A stretch of DNA of 64,000 nucleotides from a virus. Numbering within the stretch: the first letter of the stretch is position 1; each line of letters starts with the position of its first letter. Where the stretch lies: positions 12,957 through 76,956 of the IMG/VR virus record IMGVR_UViG_3300012936_003490; one strand, given 5' to 3'. The notes under the pieces were generated by a model. The model saw only the letters and a list, made by a program, of their open reading frames with translations. It ran no database searches and was not told the DNA's origin. Made by a program: the position numbers and the translations under genes. Shown here in pieces: positions 55,105 to 64,000 of the stretch.

Positions 55105-57660
55105 TTAAGTGCTTGCATTTTCTGTTTTTCCGCCTTCTGCATTTGTTTCAGTTGTTTCTAATTGCTTCTCTGGATCATCTGAACTGACTGCTCCTGTTTG
55201 TGCTGTTGGTGTTTGCTTAGTGTCACTATCTTGTTTAGGTCTTCTAATTGTTTGAAGATCTTGGGTAAATTGTCCGTTATTAAATTTATTATTCACAAAT
55301 AAAACTTGATAAACTCCGCTAAACTGCCCTACAGCCGCAAATCCTCCACCTGGAAATTCCATATAACTTCCAGCATAATCTATTGGTGTCCTAAAATTAA
55401 TATCGATATCAACTTCTCCATTTTGGTAATTCATTGTGCCGTCTGTTGTCATATTAAAAGTTGCAGGCGCGGCAGAATAATTTCCCATTCCACTATCTGC
55501 AATATAAAAAGGATCGCCCCAAATTGTAAAATCAATGCCTATTAAATCTGCAGGACTATTTACTAGTGCTTCATTAAAGTTTCTAGCAACAACACTTTCT
55601 GGATGGACCATAGGTCCTCCAGCATCTTTAGTGTTTCCTGCATTAGGTGAAGCGCCTACCGGATCTGCATTTACAGTATTAGTGTCTTCTTGGCTAGATC
55701 CTAAAACAGCAGGTTTATTTCCTGCGCTTTTGCTTGTACTAGCTGAGGTTTTTGCATCACCTGTTTTTTGTCCATAATCTCCGTTAATAGCAGTAAAGAA
55801 AGCCGCATTAAAATTGATGTCAAAATTTATTATGTCTGTATTTTGTCCTGTATAGATGTAATTATATTCTCTTGCAGATATGTTTTTTAATTGCTGAATG
55901 CCTTTGCTAGGTTCAGTTGAAGATCTAAATTTGCTGTGATGAACTTTATATGGTACAACCCTATAAACATTAATCCTAGCTGGTTTTCCTGTTTTATCTA
56001 TATTTGAATCATCAGTAACTTGATATACATTTGTTTCTACTCTAAACCAATCTACCATACCATTGCTGTCGGGCTCAGCATCAACAATCTTTCTGCCATA
56101 TTCACTTAATATAACAACTTCTTCAATAATATCCTCAATTTTTTTGCCTGAACTAACTGTCATTATTCTTGCATCTTCTGAAGGTTGTACTTTACATCTT
56201 GCAATTTTTCCTGGAGTATCTTCGTCTTCACAGTCACCTGCTTTGCCCATTGGTTTTTTGCCGGCATCTAATCTTGATTTTACAATAGGACTCATGCCTA
56301 TTGCATTAATATTTTCTTCAGTGTCTGCGTATGTCCTGATTGTTTCACCTAGATCAGATCTTTTTACACTAATACCTAAATCACTTTCTAGTTTTTTTAA
56401 TTCAGCTTCAAATTCTGCAGTGGTTTTTCCACCATTCAAAACACCATTTGCACTTTCATACAGTCTTTGTAATTCTTCTTCTGTAAATTCTCTAATTTGT
56501 AATTCATTAGGATTACCATTGCCGGCTGTAGTAGCACTGCCGCCTCCTTCTTCTTGCTTTGCAAAAGCGGCCGCTTCTTCTGCACTAGATTGTGAGGTAG
56601 GAAATAAGATAACGTATTGATCAGCTTTTGCTTTGTTTTTTGCTTTTACCTGTTCAAGTTCTTTGTTGTTAAGATTTGCAGTTAAACTTTGGAATCCCCA
56701 TTGTAGCATTTCAGAAACAGTCCTACCATGAAATGTAGCGTCATTCCTTGTGGTTTGTGCTTGATCAGCTAGTGCAACTTCGTGGAATGGAATTGCCTCT
56801 ACAGAATATTGGCTTCCTCCTTCAGTTACTTCAAATTCAACATTCACTAGTTTTAATGGAAATATTCTTCTTGCATTAGTCATGTTCATTTGACGTCCTG
56901 CACTATCAAATCCTTTAAAGTCAACACTTAAAACAAAAGGTGCTTCTATGTAGTTTTTATGTCCTGCACTTAATGCCGCTATTTGTAGAGCTTGTAAAAA
57001 CAATCCCATACTGTATGGTTCTGTCACTTGAAATGATATGCTCACAGCATTTGTTTGTCTAGTTTTGGGATTAGGGGCAACAATAGTTTCTATTTCAACA
57101 TTATCAATGAAATATTCAGTCTTGCCGTTTCTTTCAAAAACAGTTCTACTTCCGCGTAATGGACCACCTCCACTTCTAAGGATAGTTATTAACGGATCTC
57201 TATATCTATATGTCAAGTCAGGAAAATTTAATTCAAAGTTTGTAAGGCATCCTAGTGTAAAAACATAATTGTAAGTTGCAAAACTTTCAAGGATATTTCT
57301 TTTTCCAAAACCCCCTCCAAATTGAAATCCTTGGAAGCCTCCACCTATTGCACTTACTAAACTTCCTCCTCCCATTAACGGAGGCATTTTGTAATCTAAA
57401 ACTTGGTTAAGGCCGCCATATGCTAAATCTAATTGTCCTAGTGCAGGACCAGTAATGCCGTTAACTGTTTTAGTCATATCAAGTGTGGCTCCTTTGACTT
57501 GATCTAAAGCACCTTCAACTGCACTTGCAACTCCGCCTACACTGATTTTACCAGATTCAGTAAATTTACTTGCAACTGTAGAGGCGGCATTTTCTGTTGC
57601 TTCTGCAATGTCTTTGCCTTTTGCTTTGAGCCTTGCACCTATATTCTGTGGTATTGGCAT
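55105..57660 (-). CDS. Baseplate hub protein (gp27/late-control-D-like)
   Basis: C-terminal I.GDP...FSG.Y.V..V.N.F..GQFTQ.L..IR motif; position next to the gp5- and gp53-like genes. Confidence 0.6.
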   Translation of the reverse strand: MPIPQNIGARLKAKGKDIAEATENAASTVASKFTESGKISVGGVASAVEGALDQVKGATLDMTKTVNGITGPALGQLDLAYGGLNQVLDYKMPPLMGGGSLVSAIGGGFQGFQFGGGFGKRNILESFATYNYVFTLGCLTNFELNFPDLTYRYRDPLITILRSGGGPLRGSRTVFERNGKTEYFIDNVEIETIVAPNPKTRQTNAVSISFQVTEPYSMGLFLQALQIAALSAGHKNYIEAPFVLSVDFKGFDSAGRQMNMTNARRIFPLKLVNVEFEVTEGGSQYSVEAIPFHEVALADQAQTTRNDATFHGRTVSEMLQWGFQSLTANLNNKELEQVKAKNKAKADQYVILFPTSQSSAEEAAAFAKQEEGGGSATTAGNGNPNELQIREFTEEELQRLYESANGVLNGGKTTAEFEAELKKLESDLGISVKRSDLGETIRTYADTEENINAIGMSPIVKSRLDAGKKPMGKAGDCEDEDTPGKIARCKVQPSEDARIMTVSSGKKIEDIIEEVVILSEYGRKIVDAEPDSNGMVDWFRVETNVYQVTDDSNIDKTGKPARINVYRVVPYKVHHSKFRSSTEPSKGIQQLKNISAREYNYIYTGQNTDIINFDINFNAAFFTAINGDYGQKTGDAKTSASTSKSAGNKPAVLGSSQEDTNTVNADPVGASPNAGNTKDAGGPMVHPESVVARNFNEALVNSPADLIGIDFTIWGDPFYIADSGMGNYSAAPATFNMTTDGTMNYQNGEVDIDINFRTPIDYAGSYMEFPGGGFAAVGQFSGVYQVLFVNNKFNNGQFTQDLQTIRRPKQDSDTKQTPTAQTGAVSSDDPEKQLETTETNAEGGKTENAST

Positions 57661-57661
57661 T

Positions 57662-57958
57662 TTATAATCCTAATAATCGTTTTAACGCAGGACCTTTTGG
57701 AACAAGTATTTCTGTTCCTGAAATAAAATCATAAATTGGATCTTTTAATTTTTCGATATTACGTTGTGAAAACACCCACCATAGATTTTTATCTCCGTAC
57801 ATATCAAATGCAAGTAGATCAGGTCTATATGTATACTGAGGTTCAATAGTATAAAGGACATCGTCAGGTTCTGCAGGAATAGGACGTATTTGTAATAAGT
57901 CTAAGTATTGGCCATTTACAACTTTTGTTTTGTAATAAGGGCTAGTAGAAGCATACAT
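57662..57958 (-). CDS. gp53: Baseplate wedge LysM-like protein (gp53-like)
   Basis: YRPDLLAFDMYGDKNLWWVF...N...DP..DF..G..I.VP. Confidence 0.75.
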   Translation of the reverse strand: MYASTSPYYKTKVVNGQYLDLLQIRPIPAEPDDVLYTIEPQYTYRPDLLAFDMYGDKNLWWVFSQRNIEKLKDPIYDFISGTEILVPKGPALKRLLGL

Positions 57959-58869
57959 TAAATAAATCCTCCTCTACCCTTTGCATATCCGCCTTTTACA
58001 AATGTATCTAAACTAAATCCTTGTACTTCTCGTCTTGAGTATGTTGGTATAGCAACAACTGTTATTGTGCTTCTTGTAGGTGCATAAGTGTTCACACTTG
58101 GAACATAAATGTAATCAACATCTGGCGGTAAATCTACCGAAAAATTTGTTACCACAATAGGAACGTTTTTGAATACATAATCACCATAACCATTAATATT
58201 AACAATAGGTGGAGGAGTTCCTGCATTTTGTGTTTGGCCGTATGCCATTTTTGTAATAGTTCTTAGATAATGCACACAAGCTACCCAATATGCTCCTTCA
58301 TCATCTCCTTCCACATAAAATTCGCCTGTAATTTGTAAATTGTCAGGTTGGCTGTTCTGGTAGATGGGAAATGGATAATTACTATGTGTAGGTTTTATCT
58401 GGCTGTATGAAGCACTATGGGCAAATATAATTGAAGGAGTATAAGGAAAGATCATTCCGTTAGTTTCGTTGAGCTTGCTTTGTAGCAACGGCTCTAAACT
58501 CATACCTGCAGGTATTGATAGTTTGACTCTCCAATCTTCGTCATCGTTTCTTGCCCAACTAGCACCGTTAAAGCCGCCACCAAATAGACTACTTAAACCG
58601 TTAACTGGAATGCCTTTGCCACGTAACATGCTCATTAGCCCAGATGCGCCATTTGAAAACACATCTTCAACAGTTTGTTTGAAGCCGTTTTGCACAACGC
58701 TCTGTCCAAAACTTAAATTACTACCAGCTAAATCACTCATCGCTTGCGATGGTGTTTTGCTATTTCTGCTTTGGCTTGCTTGTGTTGGATTTTGTGAACC
58801 AACAGGGACGTTTACTCCCTGGTTTACTCCACCTTTTGAAATGATTCCATCTTTAAATACTGTCGGCAT
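57958..58869 (-). CDS. Baseplate/tail-tube initiator (gp48/gp54-like)
   Basis: FPYTPSI...HSNY...PPP....GYG...F..VP..V..FSVDLP.DVDY motif; first gene of the late tail operon. Confidence 0.6.
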   Translation of the reverse strand: MPTVFKDGIISKGGVNQGVNVPVGSQNPTQASQSRNSKTPSQAMSDLAGSNLSFGQSVVQNGFKQTVEDVFSNGASGLMSMLRGKGIPVNGLSSLFGGGFNGASWARNDDEDWRVKLSIPAGMSLEPLLQSKLNETNGMIFPYTPSIIFAHSASYSQIKPTHSNYPFPIYQNSQPDNLQITGEFYVEGDDEGAYWVACVHYLRTITKMAYGQTQNAGTPPPIVNINGYGDYVFKNVPIVVTNFSVDLPPDVDYIYVPSVNTYAPTRSTITVVAIPTYSRREVQGFSLDTFVKGGYAKGRGGFI

Positions 58870-58885
58870 ATCTACTCCTATACAT

Positions 58886-58891
58886 TATTTA
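58886..58891 (-). promoter_or_regulatory. Late promoter TAAATA heading the tail/baseplate operon
   Basis: CTAAATA, then the AGGAG RBS and ATG 58869. Confidence 0.65.
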
Positions 58892-58892
58892 G

Positions 58893-58921
58893 TTGACTTT
58901 TTAATGTACGTATATTATAAT
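58893..58921 (+). promoter_or_regulatory. Sigma70-type promoter for the late sigma factor gene
   Basis: TTGACT (58893-58898), 17-nt spacer, TATAAT (58916-58921); GGAG RBS. Confidence 0.8.
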
Positions 58922-58943
58922 ATGTTATAAATTTGGAGCAAAA

Positions 58944-59777
58944 ATGAAAAGAGTAAACTATCTAAACAACAAAGATATACTTAAAGAAATACACAAATCA
59001 AAAAGCACATTCTGTAGCTATGTAGACACAAATTATCATCAATTTGATATAATTTTACCTGACATTGAAAAAATCAACATTAGAACAATAGCAGAAGCCA
59101 AAAGAAACAGAGCAAAAAGACTTCAACATGCCGATTTTGATGCTAGAAAAGCCGCAGGTGAAAAAATTAAACTTGCACAGTGTGAAATAGACTATAGAAA
59201 AATGGAAAAAACTGATTTAATTTTTAGAATAATGACGTTTGATCATATACCTGACGAACCTGGAAGGAAAAAAACACCAAAAACTGTTGCTGACAGAAAA
59301 GTAAAGTTAAATTTTCCGCCTTTCCAACACTATAAGTTTGATGACAACGACAATCTAGTGTGTGTAGGCAAATCACATTGGCAAGGTGGTATGGAAAACG
59401 GTTATTTTAGTTTAGACCATGGCAAAGCAACAAACAAACTTGCTATGATGTGGATGAAACTTTGTGATAGGTATGCTACTAGAGGAAATGTACGTGGATA
59501 CACATACAATGACGAAATGCGCGGTCAAGCAATACTACAATTAGCACAAATAGGGTTACAGTTTGACGAATCTAAGTCACAAAACCCATTTGCATATTAT
59601 ACTGCGGCTGTAACAAACTCATTTGTACGTGTTATCAACATAGAAAAACGTAATCAGAACATTAGAGACGATATTTTAGAAATGAACGACATGAATCCTA
59701 GTTATACAAGACAAGCGGCCGGAGATTGGGACAATCAGATGAAAAGAGAGACAGCAAACCAAGAAAATGCAAAATAA
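58944..59777 (+). CDS. gp55: Late-transcription sigma factor (T4 gp55-like)
   Basis: YLNNKD N-terminus, N.RGYTYNDEM, FDE.KS.NPFAYYT...NSF....EK; directly upstream of gp47/gp46 as in T4-like phages. Confidence 0.8.
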   Translation: MKRVNYLNNKDILKEIHKSKSTFCSYVDTNYHQFDIILPDIEKINIRTIAEAKRNRAKRLQHADFDARKAAGEKIKLAQCEIDYRKMEKTDLIFRIMTFDHIPDEPGRKKTPKTVADRKVKLNFPPFQHYKFDDNDNLVCVGKSHWQGGMENGYFSLDHGKATNKLAMMWMKLCDRYATRGNVRGYTYNDEMRGQAILQLAQIGLQFDESKSQNPFAYYTAAVTNSFVRVINIEKRNQNIRDDILEMNDMNPSYTRQAAGDWDNQMKRETANQENAK

Positions 59778-59781
59778 ACAG

Positions 59782-59810
59782 TTGACAACGCAGTGTTAAG
59801 AAACTATACT
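59782..59810 (+). promoter_or_regulatory. Sigma70-type promoter
   Basis: TTGACA (59782-59787), 17-nt spacer, TATACT (59805-59810). Confidence 0.75.
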
Positions 59811-59842
59811 TATATAGACTATGAACTCGGAAGGTTATTAAT

Positions 59843-60853
59843 TTGTTTAAAAAAGCGGCTGTCTTTACAGATATCCATTTTGGACTGAAAGGCAATTCAA
59901 AAATACACAATCAAGATTGTGAGAACTTTATTGACTGGTATATCGATCAGGCAAAAGAAAATAATTGTGAAACTGGTATCTTCTGTGGCGATTGGCACCA
60001 CAACAGAAACAGTTTAAATCTAACAACAATGGATAGTACTATCCGTTGCATGGAAAAACTAGGTGAATCATTTGAAAAGTTTTACTTTTTTGATGGTAAT
60101 CACGATTTGTACTACAAAGACAAACGTGATGTAAACTCAACTGCATTTGCAAAGCATATTCCAGGCATTACTTTTGTGGATTCTGTGTACGAAGAAGATG
60201 ATGTGGCGCTTGTTCCTTGGCTTGTAGGTGAGGAATGGAAGAAAATCAACAAAATAAAATCCAAATATATGTTTGGACACTTCGAACTACCAAGTTTTTA
60301 TATGAATGCTATGGTGCAGATGCCAGATCACGGCGAACTACGTGCTGAACACTTTGAACATCAAGAGTATGTGTTTAGCGGACACTTCCACAAGCGGCAA
60401 AAACAAGGCAAAATACACTACATTGGCAATGCTTTTCCACACAACTATGCAGATGCATGGGATGACGAGCGTGGAATGATGATACTTGACAAAGAAAATG
60501 GTGCAGAACCAGTGTACATCAACTGGCCAGACTGCCCTAAGTATAGAACTGTTAAGTTATCGCAACTAATTGACGAACAATCTACACTTATAAAACCTAA
60601 TATGTATCTGCGTGTAAATTTGGACTTGCCAATATCATATGAAGAAGCAAGTTTTGTAAAAGAAACGTTTATTAACAACTATGGTTGCAGAGAAATTAGT
60701 CTTATTCCGCAGAAGCAACTAGAAGAAATCAACACAGAGCTTGACATCCAGCAATTTGAAAGTGTTGATCAAATCGTAGCAGGTGAAATTGCCGCTATTG
60801 ACTCAGATAACTTCAATAAGAAAATGCTATTGGACATTTATAACGAACTATGA
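59843..60853 (+). CDS. gp47: Recombination endonuclease subunit (gp47/SbcD/Mre11 metallophosphoesterase)
   Basis: DIHFG, GDWHH, GNHD, FGHFE and SGHFH motifs; TTG start. Confidence 0.92.
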   Translation: MFKKAAVFTDIHFGLKGNSKIHNQDCENFIDWYIDQAKENNCETGIFCGDWHHNRNSLNLTTMDSTIRCMEKLGESFEKFYFFDGNHDLYYKDKRDVNSTAFAKHIPGITFVDSVYEEDDVALVPWLVGEEWKKINKIKSKYMFGHFELPSFYMNAMVQMPDHGELRAEHFEHQEYVFSGHFHKRQKQGKIHYIGNAFPHNYADAWDDERGMMILDKENGAEPVYINWPDCPKYRTVKLSQLIDEQSTLIKPNMYLRVNLDLPISYEEASFVKETFINNYGCREISLIPQKQLEEINTELDIQQFESVDQIVAGEIAAIDSDNFNKKMLLDIYNEL

Positions 60854-62622
60854 TACAGATTAAAGACCTAACAGTAAAAAACTTTATGAGTGTGGGCAAT
60901 CAGACCCAGGCTGTAAATTTTAATCGTGAGCAACTAACACTTGTGCTTGGAGAAAACCTAGATCAAGGCGGTGATGACAGTGGATCACGTAATGGTACTG
61001 GTAAAACTACAATAATTAATGCACTTTCTTATGCATTATACGGACAAGCACTTACAAATATCAAACGCAACAATTTGATAAACAAAACTAACAGCAAAGG
61101 CATGTTGGTTACACTACATTTTGAAAAGAATGGCGTAGATTATCGTATCGAACGCGGTCGTAGTCCTAATGTTCTTAAGTTTTTTATTGATGAACATGAA
61201 CAAGAAATGACTGACGAGTCACAAGGCGACAGTCGTAAAACACAAGAATCAATTAATGACTTGTTAGACATGAGTCACGACATGTTCAAGCATATTGTTG
61301 CTCTAAATACATATACCGAGCCGTTTTTAAGTATGCGTACTAATGATCAACGTGCTATTATTGAGCAGTTACTTGGTATAACTATACTTTCTGAAAAAGC
61401 CGAAGCACTAAAAGAACAAACACGTATTACAAAAGACGCAATAACAGAAGAAACTGCAAAAATCAATGCAATACAAACAGCCAATAGTAAAATTGAAGGT
61501 ACTATAGACAGTTTACGCAGTACGCAACGTGCATGGTTAGCTAAAAAACAGCAAGATTGTGATAAACTAACCAAAGCAATCGACGAATTAGAGCATTTAG
61601 ACATTGAAGTTGAGCTAGAATCTCATGAAAAATTGCAAAATTGGAATGAACATAACAATGCTATTTTGGCTCTTAAAAAGGAACAAAGCACTCTCGAGCC
61701 TGCACTACAACGTGCCAATAAGTCTTTGTTAAAAGTCACTAAAGACATCGCAGAATTAGAAGATGCTGTGTGTTATACATGCGGACAGGCACTACACGAA
61801 GACAAAAAAGCTGAGATTGCTGAGAGAAAACAAAAAGAATTAGAAGATGCACAATCATATCTAGACGAAATAAGCGATAAACTACAAGGTATCTTCCACG
61901 ACTTACAAGAAATTGGTGACATCAACGGACGTCCTACTACATTTTATGAAACTGCTAAGGAAGCATATGAGCATAGACAAAATGTTGACAGTTTAAAACA
62001 ATCTCTAAAAGCAAAACAAGATGAAGTAGATCCATATCAATCGCAAATTGATGAATTAAACGCAACAGCAGTGCAAGAAATTGATTGGACTCCTGTAAAC
62101 GACCTAACAACATTCAAAGAACATCAAGATTTCTTGTTTAAACTGCTGACAAACAAAGATAGTTTTATACGTAAGAAGATTATTGATCAAAACCTAGCAT
62201 ATCTAAACAACAGACTGACATATTATCTTGACAAACTTGGATTGCCGCATAGTGTTGTGTTCCAAAACGACCTTGCTGTTGAAATTACACAGCTAGGACA
62301 GGATTTAGACTTTGATAACTTGTCAAGAGGAGAACGTAATAGACTAATACTTGGTATGAGCTTTGCATTCCGTGATGTTTGGGAAAGCCTATATCAAAAA
62401 ATTAATCTATTGTTTATTGATGAGCTTATCGATAGTGGTATGGACACGGCTGGTGTAGAAAATTCACTAGGTGTTCTTAAGAAAATGGGTAGAGAAGGAG
62501 ACAAAAATGTGTATCTTATCTCGCACAAAGATGAATTAGTAGGAAGGGTCAATTATGTGATGCGAGTTATCAAAGAAAATGGCTTTACATCATATGAGAA
62601 TGATATTGACATAGTAGAATGA
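60850..62622 (+). CDS. gp46: Recombination ATPase subunit (gp46/SbcC/Rad50)
   Basis: Walker A ...NGTGKT, coiled coil with CYTC zinc hook, signature LSRGE, Walker B LLFIDE, ISH switch. Confidence 0.93.
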   Translation: MIQIKDLTVKNFMSVGNQTQAVNFNREQLTLVLGENLDQGGDDSGSRNGTGKTTIINALSYALYGQALTNIKRNNLINKTNSKGMLVTLHFEKNGVDYRIERGRSPNVLKFFIDEHEQEMTDESQGDSRKTQESINDLLDMSHDMFKHIVALNTYTEPFLSMRTNDQRAIIEQLLGITILSEKAEALKEQTRITKDAITEETAKINAIQTANSKIEGTIDSLRSTQRAWLAKKQQDCDKLTKAIDELEHLDIEVELESHEKLQNWNEHNNAILALKKEQSTLEPALQRANKSLLKVTKDIAELEDAVCYTCGQALHEDKKAEIAERKQKELEDAQSYLDEISDKLQGIFHDLQEIGDINGRPTTFYETAKEAYEHRQNVDSLKQSLKAKQDEVDPYQSQIDELNATAVQEIDWTPVNDLTTFKEHQDFLFKLLTNKDSFIRKKIIDQNLAYLNNRLTYYLDKLGLPHSVVFQNDLAVEITQLGQDLDFDNLSRGERNRLILGMSFAFRDVWESLYQKINLLFIDELIDSGMDTAGVENSLGVLKKMGREGDKNVYLISHKDELVGRVNYVMRVIKENGFTSYENDIDIVE

Positions 62623-63362
62623 AACTGAGAATTGGTACAAGAGGAAGTAAACTAGCACTTGCGTATGCAAGACAAGCATGTGATGCCTTGTCTTGTGAAA
62701 CAGAAATTGTAGAAATACAAACACAAGGCGATATAGATACTGAAACTCCTATATATGAAATGGGAGGTAAAGGTGTATTTTGTAGTGCAATAGAAAAAGA
62801 ACTGTTGGATGGTAACATTGATGTTGCTGTACATAGTCTTAAAGATATGCCAGGCTTAGAAACATCTGGCACACAAATTACAGCAATGCTTAAACGTAAT
62901 AGTCCTCACGATGTCATACTTGGAAAAGTAGGTTATGGTTGTACAATTGGTACTAGCAGTCCTCGACGCACTGCACAATTAACAGATTTGTATAAAAATT
63001 TAGATATTAAAATTAAACCCATAAGAGGAAATATAGATACAAGAATTAAAAAACTTGACAACGGCGAATATGATGCTATAGTATTAGCTGAAGCTGGACT
63101 AAAAGCACTTGATATTACTAGAACAACTATCAAGATACCTATTATTCCGGCTGTAGGACAAGGTATTATAGCATTACAAACAAGATGCAATGATGAACAA
63201 ACAATTGACATAGTAAAAAAGGCAAACGACAAGAAAACATATGCACAGGCAAAGATAGAAAGAGCATTACTGAAAGGATTAGGCGGAGATTGTCATACAA
63301 AACTAGCGGCACATGCTACTGGTTCTAATCCTATAACACTCAAGGCAATGTATTATGATTGA
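62619..63362 (+). CDS. hemC: Porphobilinogen deaminase (hydroxymethylbilane synthase), C-terminally shortened
   Basis: IGTRGSKLAL, GGKGVF, AVHSLKDMP, GTSSPRR, IRGNIDTR, YDAIVLA, PAVGQG, ERA...GGDC (cofactor Cys). Confidence 0.92.
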   Translation: MKLRIGTRGSKLALAYARQACDALSCETEIVEIQTQGDIDTETPIYEMGGKGVFCSAIEKELLDGNIDVAVHSLKDMPGLETSGTQITAMLKRNSPHDVILGKVGYGCTIGTSSPRRTAQLTDLYKNLDIKIKPIRGNIDTRIKKLDNGEYDAIVLAEAGLKALDITRTTIKIPIIPAVGQGIIALQTRCNDEQTIDIVKKANDKKTYAQAKIERALLKGLGGDCHTKLAAHATGSNPITLKAMYYD

Positions 63363-63558
63363 AGATGATGTACATGACGAACTTGTAAAGGCTTATTTGG
63401 AATATTTCAAAGCAAACGAAAATTTTGAACAGCGTGTAAGTTACAGAACACATCGTGCAAGCAGAAGATGGTTGCGTGAAATAAGAAAACTTTGTAAATT
63501 ACGTGCTGAAGAAATACATGATAAGTTTCAAACCAAGATCGAGGCAAATAAAAAATAG
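63355..63558 (+). CDS. Small basic helical protein, Hc1/histone H1-like
   Basis: 67 aa; Y...NE.F......RA.RR.L.EI.KL.K.R..EI pattern. Confidence 0.45.
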   Translation: MIEDDVHDELVKAYLEYFKANENFEQRVSYRTHRASRRWLREIRKLCKLRAEEIHDKFQTKIEANKK

Positions 63559-63565
63559 GCTACGG

Positions 63566-63571
63566 TAAGTA
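63566..63571 (+). promoter_or_regulatory. Putative late promoter variant TAAGTA, leaderless
   Basis: GGTAAGTA-tgttc-ATG (63577). Confidence 0.45.
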
Positions 63572-63576
63572 TGTTC

Positions 63577-64000
63577 ATGCAATGGACGTACGAAGGTAAA
63601 GAAATAACTGAGATTCCTGACGGTGTGGAAGGATTTGTTTATCTTATCACCAATCTAACAAATAATAAAAAGTACGTAGGCAAAAAATTAGCTAAGTTTA
63701 AGACCACAAAGCCACCCCTTAAAGGCAAGAAAAACAAAAGACGTGGAACAAAAGAAAGTGACTGGAGAGACTATTGGGGATCTTCAGAGCATTTACTTCA
63801 GGACGTTGAAGAATTAGGCCCAGAAAACTTTACTAGAGAAATATTATATATGTGTCCAACCAGAGGCATTATGAGTTATCTAGAGGCAAAGGAACAGTTT
63901 GACCGTAGAGTATTAGAGACAGATGAGTATTATAACGGAATTATTAATGTAAGGGTCGGCGGTTCCAAAGTTCTTAAAGAACACTTAGGCAAATTAAGCA
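63577..64000 (+). CDS. denA: GIY-YIG endonuclease, T4 endonuclease II-like; no stop codon before the window end
   Basis: Hand translation: MQWTYEG...GFVYLITNLTNNKKYVGKK...ESDWRDYWGSS...FTREIL...SYLEAKEQF...YYNGII. Confidence 0.8.
   Translation, partial: MQWTYEGKEITEIPDGVEGFVYLITNLTNNKKYVGKKLAKFKTTKPPLKGKKNKRRGTKESDWRDYWGSSEHLLQDVEELGPENFTREILYMCPTRGIMSYLEAKEQFDRRVLETDEYYNGIINVRVGGSKVLKEHLGKLS

Noticed and set aside
623-58930. Many plus-strand ORFs of 60-230 aa in the ORF track (e.g. 29404-30087, 32067-32663, 53111-53764, 56063-56620)
   Set aside because: They lie antisense within long, motif-bearing minus-strand genes and lack recognisable motifs; they are shadow ORFs caused by codon bias.
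59698-62872. Short minus-strand ORFs opposite the gp55, gp47, gp46 and hemC genes
   Set aside because: Antisense shadows of well-supported genes.
1-64000. Stop-codon reassignment, as seen in some large phages
   Set aside because: Code 11 gives near-complete coding density including a 14.9-kb ORF, and TAA, TAG and TGA all end genes at tight junctions.
1-64000. tRNA, rRNA, CRISPR array, IS element, intron or intein
   Set aside because: Intergenic gaps are all under about 80 bp; I saw no repeat-spacer pattern, cloverleaf, transposase or intein motif by eye.
63577-64000. Mobile homing endonuclease (Seg-type)
   Set aside because: The sequence matches the compact endonuclease II type (KKY.GKK, ESDW..Y.GSS, YYN..I) with no visible DNA-binding extension; treated as a core gene.

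Overview
AT-rich window from a large T4-like (jumbo-type) myophage genome, standard genetic code, densely packed genes. It has three blocks. (1) 1-26.8 kb, minus strand: an operon-like cluster of modification enzymes. It holds 13 radical SAM enzymes in three subfamilies, three 2OG-Fe(II) oxygenases, an SDR, a GNAT, a fold-IV transaminase, an ANL adenylating enzyme, two SGNH-like proteins, two GT-A glycosyltransferases and a GT-GT-methyltransferase fusion. (2) 26.9-58.9 kb, minus strand: a late tail/baseplate module with fibre paralogues, a 4981-aa giant protein and gp6-, gp25-, gp5-, gp27-, gp53- and gp48/54-like proteins, preceded by TAAATA late promoters. (3) 58.9-64 kb, plus strand: gp55-like late sigma factor, gp47/gp46 nuclease-ATPase, a short hemC, a small Hc1-like protein and an endonuclease II-like GIY-YIG gene. 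The best candidate for an undescribed system is the radical SAM/glycosyltransferase cluster directly downstream of the virion genes. My inference is that it builds and tailors a complex glycan or other modification on the virion; DNA modification is the main alternative. All functional calls rest on motifs read by eye; no database searches were run.
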